Shown here piece after piece: positions 46,179-55,320 of a stretch of 64,000 nucleotides of DNA. Position numbers and translations under genes: made by a program. This DNA comes from an uncultured Bacteroidota bacterium (GTDB lineage Bacteria; Bacteroidota; Bacteroidia; Chitinophagales; Chitinophagaceae): positions 165,404 through 229,403 of the forward strand of contig CAVSVA010000019.1 of assembly GCA_963731245.1 (NCBI GenBank). The letters run 5' to 3'. Every line of letters starts with the position of its first letter. The first letter of the stretch is position 1. Below the pieces are notes generated by a model. That model saw only the letters and a list, made by a program, of their open reading frames with translations, ran no database searches and had not been told where the DNA came from.

Positions 46179-47744
46179 CTAATTTCCATCATAATAAAAC
46201 ACAATTCTTGCATTTGTTTTCATGTCAGTGTTTACTGTTAATTTATAGATTTGTTTGCCTGCGGTTATGCGCATTAATGCAGAATTTGGCGGAATGCTTC
46301 CAAGGTTTTCTGCTATCAGCACAAATTCATGTTCACGGTTAGTTGAATCTGCATGAATGTTCATGGTGATAGGCTTTGTACCCAGCATTTGGTTGCTTAC
46401 AATAATAGTGTTGTTGTGATATACACTAACCCTGTCGCCATCAATTTCACCGTTATCAAACAGTTCAATTAAAATATCCGGCGAAGTAATGTGATAAGTT
46501 CCCAACAATACGTTTGAGCGGGATGTGAGCGCTTTGTCTGCAGCAGATAAAGTATTGCCGGTTGTTGCCGGCGGAACAGCTTTTGCCAAAGCAGCTTTTT
46601 GCAAAGAATCAGCTTGCTGTTGTTTGTGAACAGCCGCCACAGAATCGGCTTCCTGTTGTTTTTTTGTTGCCTGCACATCACGAAGTGAATCTGCAGTTCG
46701 CTGTTTTTGCAGGTTTGCAGCTACGCTTTGCAGCGAATCTTTTATGCGTTGCTGTTCTTTTTGTTTTACAAGATTAAGTGAATCAGCTATCTCCTGTTGC
46801 CGCTTTTTTTGTTGTGCAAGCTGAGTGGAATCGTCTATTTGTTGTTGCTTTATTTTGGCAATATTATCCAGCGAATCTTTTATACGCTGTTGTTCTTTTT
46901 GTGTTGCAAGATTAAGTGAATCGGTTATTTCCTGCTGCCGCTTTTTTTGTTGCGCAAGCGAAGTGGAATCGTCAATTTGTTGTTGCTTTATTCTTGCAAT
47001 ATCCAGTGAATCTTTTATACGCTGCTGTTCTTTTTGTTTTGCAAGATTGAGTGAATCGGCTATCTCCTGTTGTCGCTTTTTTTGTTGTGCAAGCAGCGTT
47101 GAATTGTCTGTTTGTTGTTGTTTTATTCTCGCAACATTATCCAGCGAATCCTGATTTCTTTTTTCTGATTTCTTTATTGCTTCGGTGGTGGAATTATTCT
47201 CATCATTGGAAACAACCGTTTTATTTTCCGGAGGACGGAATGGACGAAAACCAATTATATCTGCAGGTCTTCCAAACCAGTCAACAAGATACCGTTGTGT
47301 AGAATCGTCATATTCATACAGTAACCTGTAATAGTAGGTTTCACCATCACACCTGTTATCACAATCCGAAATGCTGTTAATTAAAATAAGACTGTCGCGG
47401 CGTATGATTAATTTATTAACCTGTGTGCATGCAGAACAATCATACCATTGCCCATTCTCTGGTTCTTTGTGTACAACCGCGCCGTTCTGCAAATACAAAT
47501 CTTTTCCTCTAACAAAACCAGCTATTGAAATGGTGATTTTAGCATTGTTAACTTCACTTGTTTTGTTGCCGGTAAAACTTTCACCTGAAACATCATTAAT
47601 TTGTATGGTGTTGATAACACTTCCTAAAGAAGTTATTGTTTCGCTTCTGTTTTTCCATGTACCCATCATCCAGCCTGCATTTTGAGCATGCGTTATTGTG
47701 TAAGTAAAAACGAATAAAGCAAGCAGTATTCGTTTTTTAGGCAT
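46179..47744 (-). CDS. Secreted protein with N-terminal Cys-containing domain, tandem-repeat helical stalk and C-terminal beta domain
   Basis: Signal peptide MPKKRILLALF..THAQ; three 45-46-aa repeats; C-terminal DNGEIDGDRVS and AENLGSIPPN motifs. Confidence 0.8.
   Translation of the reverse strand: MPKKRILLALFVFTYTITHAQNAGWMMGTWKNRSETITSLGSVINTIQINDVSGESFTGNKTSEVNNAKITISIAGFVRGKDLYLQNGAVVHKEPENGQWYDCSACTQVNKLIIRRDSLILINSISDCDNRCDGETYYYRLLYEYDDSTQRYLVDWFGRPADIIGFRPFRPPENKTVVSNDENNSTTEAIKKSEKRNQDSLDNVARIKQQQTDNSTLLAQQKKRQQEIADSLNLAKQKEQQRIKDSLDIARIKQQQIDDSTSLAQQKKRQQEITDSLNLATQKEQQRIKDSLDNIAKIKQQQIDDSTQLAQQKKRQQEIADSLNLVKQKEQQRIKDSLQSVAANLQKQRTADSLRDVQATKKQQEADSVAAVHKQQQADSLQKAALAKAVPPATTGNTLSAADKALTSRSNVLLGTYHITSPDILIELFDNGEIDGDRVSVYHNNTIIVSNQMLGTKPITMNIHADSTNREHEFVLIAENLGSIPPNSALMRITAGKQIYKLTVNTDMKTNARIVFYYDGN
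46740..47150 (-). repeat. Intragenic tandem repeat, 3 units of 138/135/138 nt
   Basis: Units start at 47150, 47012 and 46877 and encode DSLD(N)[VI]A[RK]IKQQQxD[ND]STxLAQQKKRQQEIxDSLNLxxQKEQQRIK. Confidence 0.9.
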
Positions 47745-48130
47745 AACAGGGGCAGGGCTTTGCTGAATTTTTAAGAACGGTTTCAAAATATCTAATTGCA
47801 AAAATGAATTAATTCAAAGTAATAGAATAAATAAGCAATATTACAACCTTATGTTGTTTGTACTTTTTTCACGGCGAAGTTTGCAACTTTCTTTAACTAT
47901 AGAATGTTTGAATGTTTTGCCTTTTGAGGTATGATATTCCTATGCCGCCTGCTAAAAATGAAAAGGTTTCAAAAATGACGCTCATCACTTCAATGCCTGT
48001 TTTTTTATTACAGTTTGATGTTGCAGATTTTGAAATGGCTGATAAAAAAATTTGTTTAAAAAATTTTCATCGCACAAAAAAAATACAAGGCTTTAAAGGC
48101 AAAATTTATGCACGAATTGCTGAATTGAAA

Positions 48131-50971
48131 TTAAAATATATTGTACGCAATGCTTATGTAATATAAGCCGCCAATGTATGGATTACCAAATCCATTGCGA
48201 TAATAATGATTGATAATATTTGTGCCGCCCAGTTTAAAGAGCAGATTTTGTTTTGGAAGTTTATAGCTTACGTCTGCATCAAGTGTGCCATACGCAGGCA
48301 AACTTCCCTGGCGAAAATCGCTTTCAAAAAAGAACGCATCCTGCCATCTGTATTGAATGTTGAAACCTAAGCGTTTTAATTTATCGATGCCGCTGTTTCC
48401 AAAACCTAAATTGTACCTGTACCTGGGCGTATTAAAATAAGAACTAAAGCCATCAGGAACATTTGTAATTACATCAGAAAACACATTAGCATTAATAAAA
48501 AATCCTCTTTGCAATAAATATTGTAATGATAATCCCCATCCGTTCGTATTAACCTTGTTATTGCTGTTTACTGAAACAGAATAAACATTTGGAGTAGCTA
48601 ACCCGGCAGGTGTTCCATCACTTGATTGAAGCACTGTAATGCGGCCAAGAAAATTTTCGTATTTTGATACATAACCATAAGCATCAATCAAAATCCTGTT
48701 ATTTATGAGTCCCTTATATCCAACTTCAAATGAATTGGATGATTCAGGTTTGTATTCACCAAATTGCTGAACCTGCGGAGTACCATTTTGAACACTTTCA
48801 GGAGTATAAACAGGGTTGGAATTAAAATTATATTTGTTTCTAAGCTCAGGTAATCCGCCAAGCAATCGTACGCCGCCGCCAATTAATAAATCAATCCATT
48901 GGTTTTGAGTGGTTGGAAAACGATATGCGGTTTGATACGATAAGCGTATATTTTGATTTTTAGCAACCGTTATAACAGCAGAAACCCTTGGCGTAAATCT
49001 TCCTTTAAAATTTTCATTTTTATCATACCTGCCCGATGCAGTTAATTTTAAAACATCATTAAAAAACTTTTGCGATAACTGAATATAACTGCCCACTTCA
49101 TTTATATAAATCGGATGCCCAACAGTATCAGCAAACAATGTTCCTTCAGAATTTAATACATATCTTTTAAAATTTGCGCCGACCAATACTTCAAGCCGTT
49201 CACCCGGTGCTCCTATGCGAAGTGCATCGGTTAAATTATACTGGCCCTCTGCCATATAAAGGTCAGAGCGATCTAAAAATTTACCTCCCTGCGGAATGGG
49301 TAATAATCTTACAGAATCGAGCAGGTGATTAAATTCCGGAGAACCAGGCTGAGGCCTGTTTGCATCAGCAACAGCTCTTGCAAAATTGTTTGCCTCGGCC
49401 GGAGTTTTATTGTCTGTAATTGCCTTAACATAAGCAATTGTGTAAGTAGGATACCAAACAGTAGCACTTGGGCTCCAGGCTTCATTAAATATTTGGGTAG
49501 TAACCGTTGCATTATATGATTGCCCTGAATTTTCTTGTGTGGTATATGCACGTAAAAACCAATTCTTGCTTTTTAATTCAACTTTATATTGGCCAATCTT
49601 AAGATCTTTTAAAGCAAACCTGTCGCTTCCCTGATAAACTGTATTTCCGGTACCCCAGTAAGCAACAATAGAAGCCTGCAGATTGGAATTTATGTTATAA
49701 TATAATCCCCCTGAAAGTTTAAAGTTGATTGTATTAGGCGGCACAACATCCGTTTCTTTATACCCTGTTCTGGATACATATTGGCCCTTTTGAATGATGT
49801 TATTATTTAAACCAACATAAAAAGGTTGCGTTTGCGGAGTAGTTGCTAAAAATTGATTGACTTGAGTTTGCGTAGGGTATGTGCCGGTTTGCTGATGATA
49901 TAAGCTGCGAAATACGCTTGTATAAGCATCCAACACACCATTTGCAACAGCAAACATATCGCCGGAGGTTTCATCACCATAAACATTTACGCCATTATAA
50001 TTTGGATCTGTTTCTCTTGTGCCGGAAATAACTTTTGAGTTTTGAAGATTAGCATCTGCATGATAATTTGAAGAATCATCAGCCACCCAATCTTTTGCCC
50101 AAACATACTGACCGCTTATTTTAAAAGCAAATTTATCAGATATCTTTTGGCCCCATCTTATAGTTACATCGTGGTAAGGAGATAAATTGCTGTGGCGATT
50201 ATCAACATTCATTATTCCTTCTCTTACCTGCACACTTACACCCTGGTATTTAAACGGGCTTTTACTGTTTATTAAAAGTGTTCCGTTCATGCCGCCGGGG
50301 CCGTATAAAGCTGATGATGCACCTTCAAGCAATTCCATATTATCTACATCAAGATCAGTTATGCCAATTACGTTGCCTACCGAAAAATTTAAACCCGGCG
50401 CCTGGTTATCCATTCCATCAACAATCTGGTTTAAACGCACGTTACCGCTGCCGTTAAAACCGCGGGTTGATATTGATTTAAATGTAAGACTTGATGTAAC
50501 CACATCAACACCTTTAAGGTTTTGCACCACATCATAATAACTTGATGCGGGTGAACGCAATATATCGTTAGCACTTACATGTTCAATTGAAACCGGCGAT
50601 TCTAAAATACGTTCCGGCAACCGCGATGCGGCCACAACAATTTCCTGCCCAAGCGCATAACCTGGTTCAAGCTCAACATTTACAGCCTGGTTTTCATTAT
50701 CAATATTTACTTCTTTTGATGAATAGCCAATAGAAGTTATAACAATTGTAAACGGAGGTTTTTGTGCGGTAACAAGCTTGAAGTTGCCTCTCTCATCGGT
50801 AAACGTTCCCGATGTGCTTCCTTTAATTGTAACAGAAACCGCAGAAAGGTTTTCTTTGGTTTGGCTGTTTTTAATATTACCGGTAATAGTATTTGTTATA
50901 GTCTGCGCATACATGTTATGGTTAATAAAACAAATGATTGCGCAGTATATAACAATCATCAAATTTCTCAT
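48131..50971 (-). CDS. TonB-dependent receptor with N-terminal carboxypeptidase-regulatory-like domain
   Basis: Signal peptide, GTFTDERGNF N-domain, plug motifs STRGF and EGASSALYG, C-terminal ..AYNIF; no adjacent SusD. Confidence 0.92.
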   Translation of the reverse strand: MRNLMIVIYCAIICFINHNMYAQTITNTITGNIKNSQTKENLSAVSVTIKGSTSGTFTDERGNFKLVTAQKPPFTIVITSIGYSSKEVNIDNENQAVNVELEPGYALGQEIVVAASRLPERILESPVSIEHVSANDILRSPASSYYDVVQNLKGVDVVTSSLTFKSISTRGFNGSGNVRLNQIVDGMDNQAPGLNFSVGNVIGITDLDVDNMELLEGASSALYGPGGMNGTLLINSKSPFKYQGVSVQVREGIMNVDNRHSNLSPYHDVTIRWGQKISDKFAFKISGQYVWAKDWVADDSSNYHADANLQNSKVISGTRETDPNYNGVNVYGDETSGDMFAVANGVLDAYTSVFRSLYHQQTGTYPTQTQVNQFLATTPQTQPFYVGLNNNIIQKGQYVSRTGYKETDVVPPNTINFKLSGGLYYNINSNLQASIVAYWGTGNTVYQGSDRFALKDLKIGQYKVELKSKNWFLRAYTTQENSGQSYNATVTTQIFNEAWSPSATVWYPTYTIAYVKAITDNKTPAEANNFARAVADANRPQPGSPEFNHLLDSVRLLPIPQGGKFLDRSDLYMAEGQYNLTDALRIGAPGERLEVLVGANFKRYVLNSEGTLFADTVGHPIYINEVGSYIQLSQKFFNDVLKLTASGRYDKNENFKGRFTPRVSAVITVAKNQNIRLSYQTAYRFPTTQNQWIDLLIGGGVRLLGGLPELRNKYNFNSNPVYTPESVQNGTPQVQQFGEYKPESSNSFEVGYKGLINNRILIDAYGYVSKYENFLGRITVLQSSDGTPAGLATPNVYSVSVNSNNKVNTNGWGLSLQYLLQRGFFINANVFSDVITNVPDGFSSYFNTPRYRYNLGFGNSGIDKLKRLGFNIQYRWQDAFFFESDFRQGSLPAYGTLDADVSYKLPKQNLLFKLGGTNIINHYYRNGFGNPYIGGLYYISIAYNIF

Positions 50972-51117
50972 AAAGGAGCTTTTGTTATAGCAATAATAAT
51001 GTTTGTTACAATCAAAAATTAAAAATTGTATACACATTATTTAAGTATTTTATAAATAGAAGGCTATTGGTTTTTCTAAATGATTTTGCAACCTTAAACA
51101 AGCTTTAGGTTTGTAAA

Positions 51118-52057
51118 ATGAAAAAAAATTTATTTCATTTTGCCGGCCAAACCAATTTTTACAGCGGAAAGGTAAGAGATGTTTACACCATAAGGAACAA
51201 TACATTGGTGATGATTGCCAGCAACCGCATTTCTGCTTTTGACGTGATATTGCCAAAGTCCATTCCTTATAAAGGTCAGGTGCTGAACCAGCTTGCAGCT
51301 TACATGCTTAATGCAACAAAAGATATTTGCCCTAACTGGTTATTGGCAACACCTGCGCCAAATGTATCAACAGGAAAAAAATGTATGCCTTTTAAAATTG
51401 AAATGGTAGTGCGTGGAAATTTAACTGGCCATGCCTGGAGCACTTATAACAGCGGCAAACGCAAATTTATGCGGCGTTGCTATGCCGGAAGGAATGAAAG
51501 AAAATGATGTTTTTCCAACACCCATAATTACGCCAAGCACTAAAGCAGCAGAAGGGCATGATGAAGACATTCAAGCAGAAGAAATTATAAAGCAAATTTA
51601 GCTACGGAAGAAGAATGGAAACTGTTAAGAAATATGCATTACGATTATTTGAAAGAGGCAAAGAAATTGCTGCAAAGCAAGGTTTGATTTTGGCTGATAC
51701 AAAATATGAATTTGGTAAAATTGGCGATGAAATTTATTTAATGGATGAAATTCATACGCCAGATTCCTCAAGGTATTTTTATGCAGATGGCTTTGATGAA
51801 CGTCAGCAAAAAGGTGAACGGCAAAAGCAATTAAGCAAAGAGTTTGTTCGTGAATGGCTGATCGAAAATAATTTTATGGGAAAGGAAGGGCAAACTGTTC
51901 CCGAAATGAGTGATGAATGGATAAACACCATTTCGCCAGCGTTACATTGAACTATATGAAACGTGATCGGTGAAACATTTATGCCTGAAAACATGAGTGA
52001 TGATGAAGTGCATGGAAAGTAGAAGAATGGTTAAAGAACAAGATTTTGAAAGATTGA
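51118..52057 (+). CDS. purC: SAICAR synthase, frameshifted
   Basis: [42 protein letters not shown] and SKEFVREWL motifs. Confidence 0.93.
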
Positions 52058-52114
52058 AAAGCTTGATAAAAGTGATGCAAATAACAAACTACTTCAGAGT
52101 ATTTAACATTCAAA

Positions 52115-53156
52115 TCACAAATCATTCAATTTCGGCCTTAATCTTTGTTTTGATTTATTAAAAACATTTCTTCCTTTATCAATTCCCTTTCTTATTTCTG
52201 CTTGCCGTTGCAAAGGCAAGTGAATGGTTTCTTTACATTCAATACTGCAACAATCATCGTATTTGGCTTTGTACATTCTTCACATTGAATAAACAACAAA
52301 TGACAGCCATTGTTTTTACAGTTTGTATGTGTATCGCAAGGCTTGCCGCATTGGTGGCAATTTGCAATAACATGTTCTGTAATTCTTTCGCCCAGACGAT
52401 TATCAAACACAAAGTTTTTACCGATGAATTTTGTTTATAATTTTTTTCTTTTACTTCTTTCGCATAATTAATAATGCCGCCTTCTAAATGAAAAACATTT
52501 TTAAAACCGTTGTGCAACATATAAGCACTTGCTTTTTCGCAACGAATGCCGCCGGTGCAATACATAATGATGTTTTTTTCTTCTTTTCCCTTCATCATGT
52601 CAGCGGCCATAGGCAGTTGTTCACGAAAAGTATCCGAGGGCAATTTCAATCGCATTTTCAAAATGCCCAACTTCATATTCATAATGGTTACGCATGTCAA
52701 TAACAATCGTATCGTTGTTTTCAAGCAAATTATTCATTTGCATTGCATTTACATAATTACCTTTGTTGTTCCATACTAAAATTAGGATCGTCTATGCCAT
52801 CGGCAACAATTTTATCCACGCACTTTTACAGATAAAACCCAAAAGCTTTTGCCATCATCATCAACAGCAATATTTAAACGAACGCCATTTAATTCATCAA
52901 TTGAATACAGAAAATTTTTGAAAGATTCAAAGTTTGATGAGGGAACACTTATCTGTGCATTGATACCTTCTTTGGCAACATAAATTCTTCCAAAAACTTT
53001 TAAATTATATAAGTGCTTATATAATTTATCCCGAAATTCCTGCGGATTATTAACAGGAAAATATTTATAAAAACTGATGGTAGTTCTTGGTTCAGTTTCT
53101 TCCAATAAACGGCGCTTTAATTCTTCGCCTGAAATACGGTTGTGTAATAAAGGCAT
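52115..53156 (-). CDS. trhO: Rhodanese-domain YceA/TrhO family protein (putative tRNA U34 hydroxylase), frameshifted
   Basis: [50 protein letters not shown] and C..C...HTNC...CH.L.IQC motifs. Confidence 0.85.
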
Positions 53157-53161
53157 GATTT

Positions 53162-53233
53162 AAAATTTCAGTCCCGGAATAAAATCCGGGTTCCATTAAA
53201 CAATATGGATTCCGTTGCAGGCGGAACAAAATT
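53162..53233 (-). promoter_or_regulatory. Structured 5' UTR of the trhO-like gene (three consecutive hairpins)
   Basis: UUCCG-CCUGCAA-CGGAA, UCCAU-8nt-AUGGA and CCCGGA-6nt-UCCGGG lie between the -7 box TATCTTTG (53240-53247) and the ATG. Confidence 0.55.
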
Positions 53234-53411
53234 ACTTTGCAAAGATAGATGCATTGCAACGATCAGTTAAAAAGAACAGTGCTAAAAATTAGAACATGCT
53301 GCCATAAAATATTACTGGCAATGAAATGCATTTATACAATTAAATCGATAAGCAAAAAGTGCTTTAAATAAAATCGTTCAAAAAAAAATTTAAAGATTTC
53401 TTAAAAAAAAT

Positions 53412-53442
53412 TTTGCTGCCTTAAAAAATAAACACAGTTTTG
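53412..53442 (+). promoter_or_regulatory. Putative primary-sigma promoter for the leader-MATE transcript
   Basis: TTTG-N19-CAGTTTTG, one mismatch to the Bacteroidota TTTG-N19..21-TAnnTTTG consensus. Confidence 0.5.
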
Positions 53443-53461
53443 CATCACAAAATTTTAAACA

Positions 53462-53560
53462 GTGAAATTGCAACGCACATATTTATTTATCAATTACAGA
53501 GAGAATTTTCTCGCTGTACCTGGTTATAATTTTGCGGGGCATGGTTACACCTTTAGCTAA
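53462..53560 (+). CDS. Putative 32-aa leader peptide
   Basis: GTG start after TTTTAAACA; MKLQRTYLFINYRENFLAVPGYNFAGHGYTFS*; contains the antiterminator strand. Confidence 0.6.
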   Translation: MKLQRTYLFINYRENFLAVPGYNFAGHGYTFS

Positions 53561-53588
53561 CGATACAACTGTTACTAACTGACTATAC

Positions 53589-53611
53589 AGCCCCGCTCAG
53601 CGGGGTTTTTT
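53589..53611 (+). terminator. Attenuator terminator upstream of MATE
   Basis: AGCCCCGC-tca-GCGGGGTT followed by a T-run, ending about 52 nt before the MATE start codon. Confidence 0.8.
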
Positions 53612-53663
53612 ATTGCCTTTCGCTGAGTTGCAGATAATGCCAAACTTTTTAAACTAACTATAA

Positions 53664-55082
53664 ATGATGAAACAATCAGCATATAAACAAAGCGGAGCTT
53701 TTTCTTTAATAATGCAGGCAATTAAGGGAATTGAAATGGATTATACCAAAGGCAGTTTGCGCAAAGCAATCTTCATGCTTGCAATACCCATGATTCTTGA
53801 AATGTGCATGGAGAGCGTGTTTGCTTTGGTAGATTTATTTTTTGTGGGCCATCTTCCAAATGCCCAGCATACAGTGCAAACAGTGGGTTTAACAGAATCT
53901 GTATTGTCAATAATTTATTCCATTGCATTTGGCGTAAGCATGGCTGCAACAGCGGTGGTGGCAAGGCGTGTGGGCGAAAAAAATAAAGAAGAAGCGGCGC
54001 ACTCTGCGGTGCAGGCAATATGGCTTGCATTGGTAATAACTGTTGTGATAAGTATAACAGGAATTGTATTTGCGCCTGAAATTTTAAAAGCAATGAGTGC
54101 TGATGTCGAAACAATAGCCATTGGCAGCACGTATGCAAGAATTGATATTGGCGGAAGCATTGTAATTATGATGCTCTTTCTCATCAACGGAATTTTTCGC
54201 GGTGCAGGCGATGCATCAATGGCAATGAAAAGTTTGTGGCTGGCAAACATCTGCAACATCATTCTTTGTCCGTTATTTATTCGTGGTTTTGGTGCTATAC
54301 CTGCGTTTGGATTAACCGGCGCAGCAATGGCAACAACAACAGGAAGAGGTGTTGGTGTTTGTTATCAATTGTATCATTTGTTTAAAGGCAAATCGAGTAT
54401 TCATATTCATCGCAAACATTTAAACATTGATTGGTCAATCATTAAATCGCTTGTTAACATTGCATCACCTGCAACATTGCAATTCATTATCGGCTCATGC
54501 AGTTGGATCGTGCTTGCAAAACTGGTTGCAGAAACAGGTGAAAGTGTTGCATCTGCAGGTTATCAAACAGCCATTCGTGTGGTGATATTTTTTATATTGC
54601 CCGCATGGGGAATGAGCAATGCTTCTGCAACACTGGTTGGTCAAAACTTAGGGGCAAAGCAACCACAACGTGCAGAAGAATCTGTATTGAAAACAGCAAA
54701 GTATAATGCAATATTTATGGGTTTGGTATCTGTTATATTTCTTGCAGGCGCATCACCCATCATATCTTTTTTTACAAATGATGAAGCTGTAAAAGAAATT
54801 GCTGTGCAGGCATTACGCATTATTACAAGCGGCTATATTTTTTATGGAATTGGGATGGTGATGACAAGCGCATTCAACGGCTCAGGCGATAGCTGGACGC
54901 CAACCTGGATTAATCTTTTTTGTTTTTGGTTATTTCAAATTCCGTTTGCCTATTTACTAACAATTACTTTAAAAATGGGTCCGCTGGGTTCATTTATTTC
55001 AATACCTATTGCCAATACAGTTGTAACATTTGTTGGTTTCTATTTTTTTAAAAGAGGCAAGTGGAAAAAAATAAAAGTTTGA
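53664..55082 (+). CDS. MATE family efflux transporter
   Basis: ~12 TM segments; LAIPMILE, VDLFFV, RGAGD, GLTGAAMAT and LVGQNLGA motifs. Confidence 0.93.
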   Translation: MMKQSAYKQSGAFSLIMQAIKGIEMDYTKGSLRKAIFMLAIPMILEMCMESVFALVDLFFVGHLPNAQHTVQTVGLTESVLSIIYSIAFGVSMAATAVVARRVGEKNKEEAAHSAVQAIWLALVITVVISITGIVFAPEILKAMSADVETIAIGSTYARIDIGGSIVIMMLFLINGIFRGAGDASMAMKSLWLANICNIILCPLFIRGFGAIPAFGLTGAAMATTTGRGVGVCYQLYHLFKGKSSIHIHRKHLNIDWSIIKSLVNIASPATLQFIIGSCSWIVLAKLVAETGESVASAGYQTAIRVVIFFILPAWGMSNASATLVGQNLGAKQPQRAEESVLKTAKYNAIFMGLVSVIFLAGASPIISFFTNDEAVKEIAVQALRIITSGYIFYGIGMVMTSAFNGSGDSWTPTWINLFCFWLFQIPFAYLLTITLKMGPLGSFISIPIANTVVTFVGFYFFKRGKWKKIKV

Positions 55083-55160
55083 ACAGGGATTTGCGAAGAT
55101 TTCAGGATTGATGGATTAATCTTTTAATCATCTGAATCTTTTTAAATCTCCGTTCAAACT
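55076..55160. repeat. 85-nt imperfect palindrome overlapping the MATE stop codon
   Basis: AGTTTGAAC / GTTCAAACT ends with nested GATT/AATC units. Confidence 0.65.
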
Positions 55161-55320
55161 ACATGAAAAAACAAAAGCGTTGAAAATTATGTTGCTCATT
55201 AATTGTTAACGTTTTAATAGGCTTTATTTACTGCCTGTTTTAATTTATTTTTGCAGCTTGCTTTTTTCTGAACCATGGTTTTGAAAATCGCAAATCTGAA
55301 ATCATAAATCATACATTAGC

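Noticed and set aside
46740-47150. CRISPR-like array
   Set aside because: The units are contiguous in-frame coding repeats without unique spacers, and no cas genes are present.
47912-48166. 84-aa plus-strand ORF between the repeat protein and the TBDR
   Set aside because: It has no recognisable motif and overlaps the TBDR 3' end antisense, so it is probably spurious.
53162-53233. A genuine tRNA gene
   Set aside because: It has no T-loop GTTCRA in the right place, no D-loop GG, no 7-bp acceptor stem, and the arm order is wrong. It is kept only as a possible mimic.
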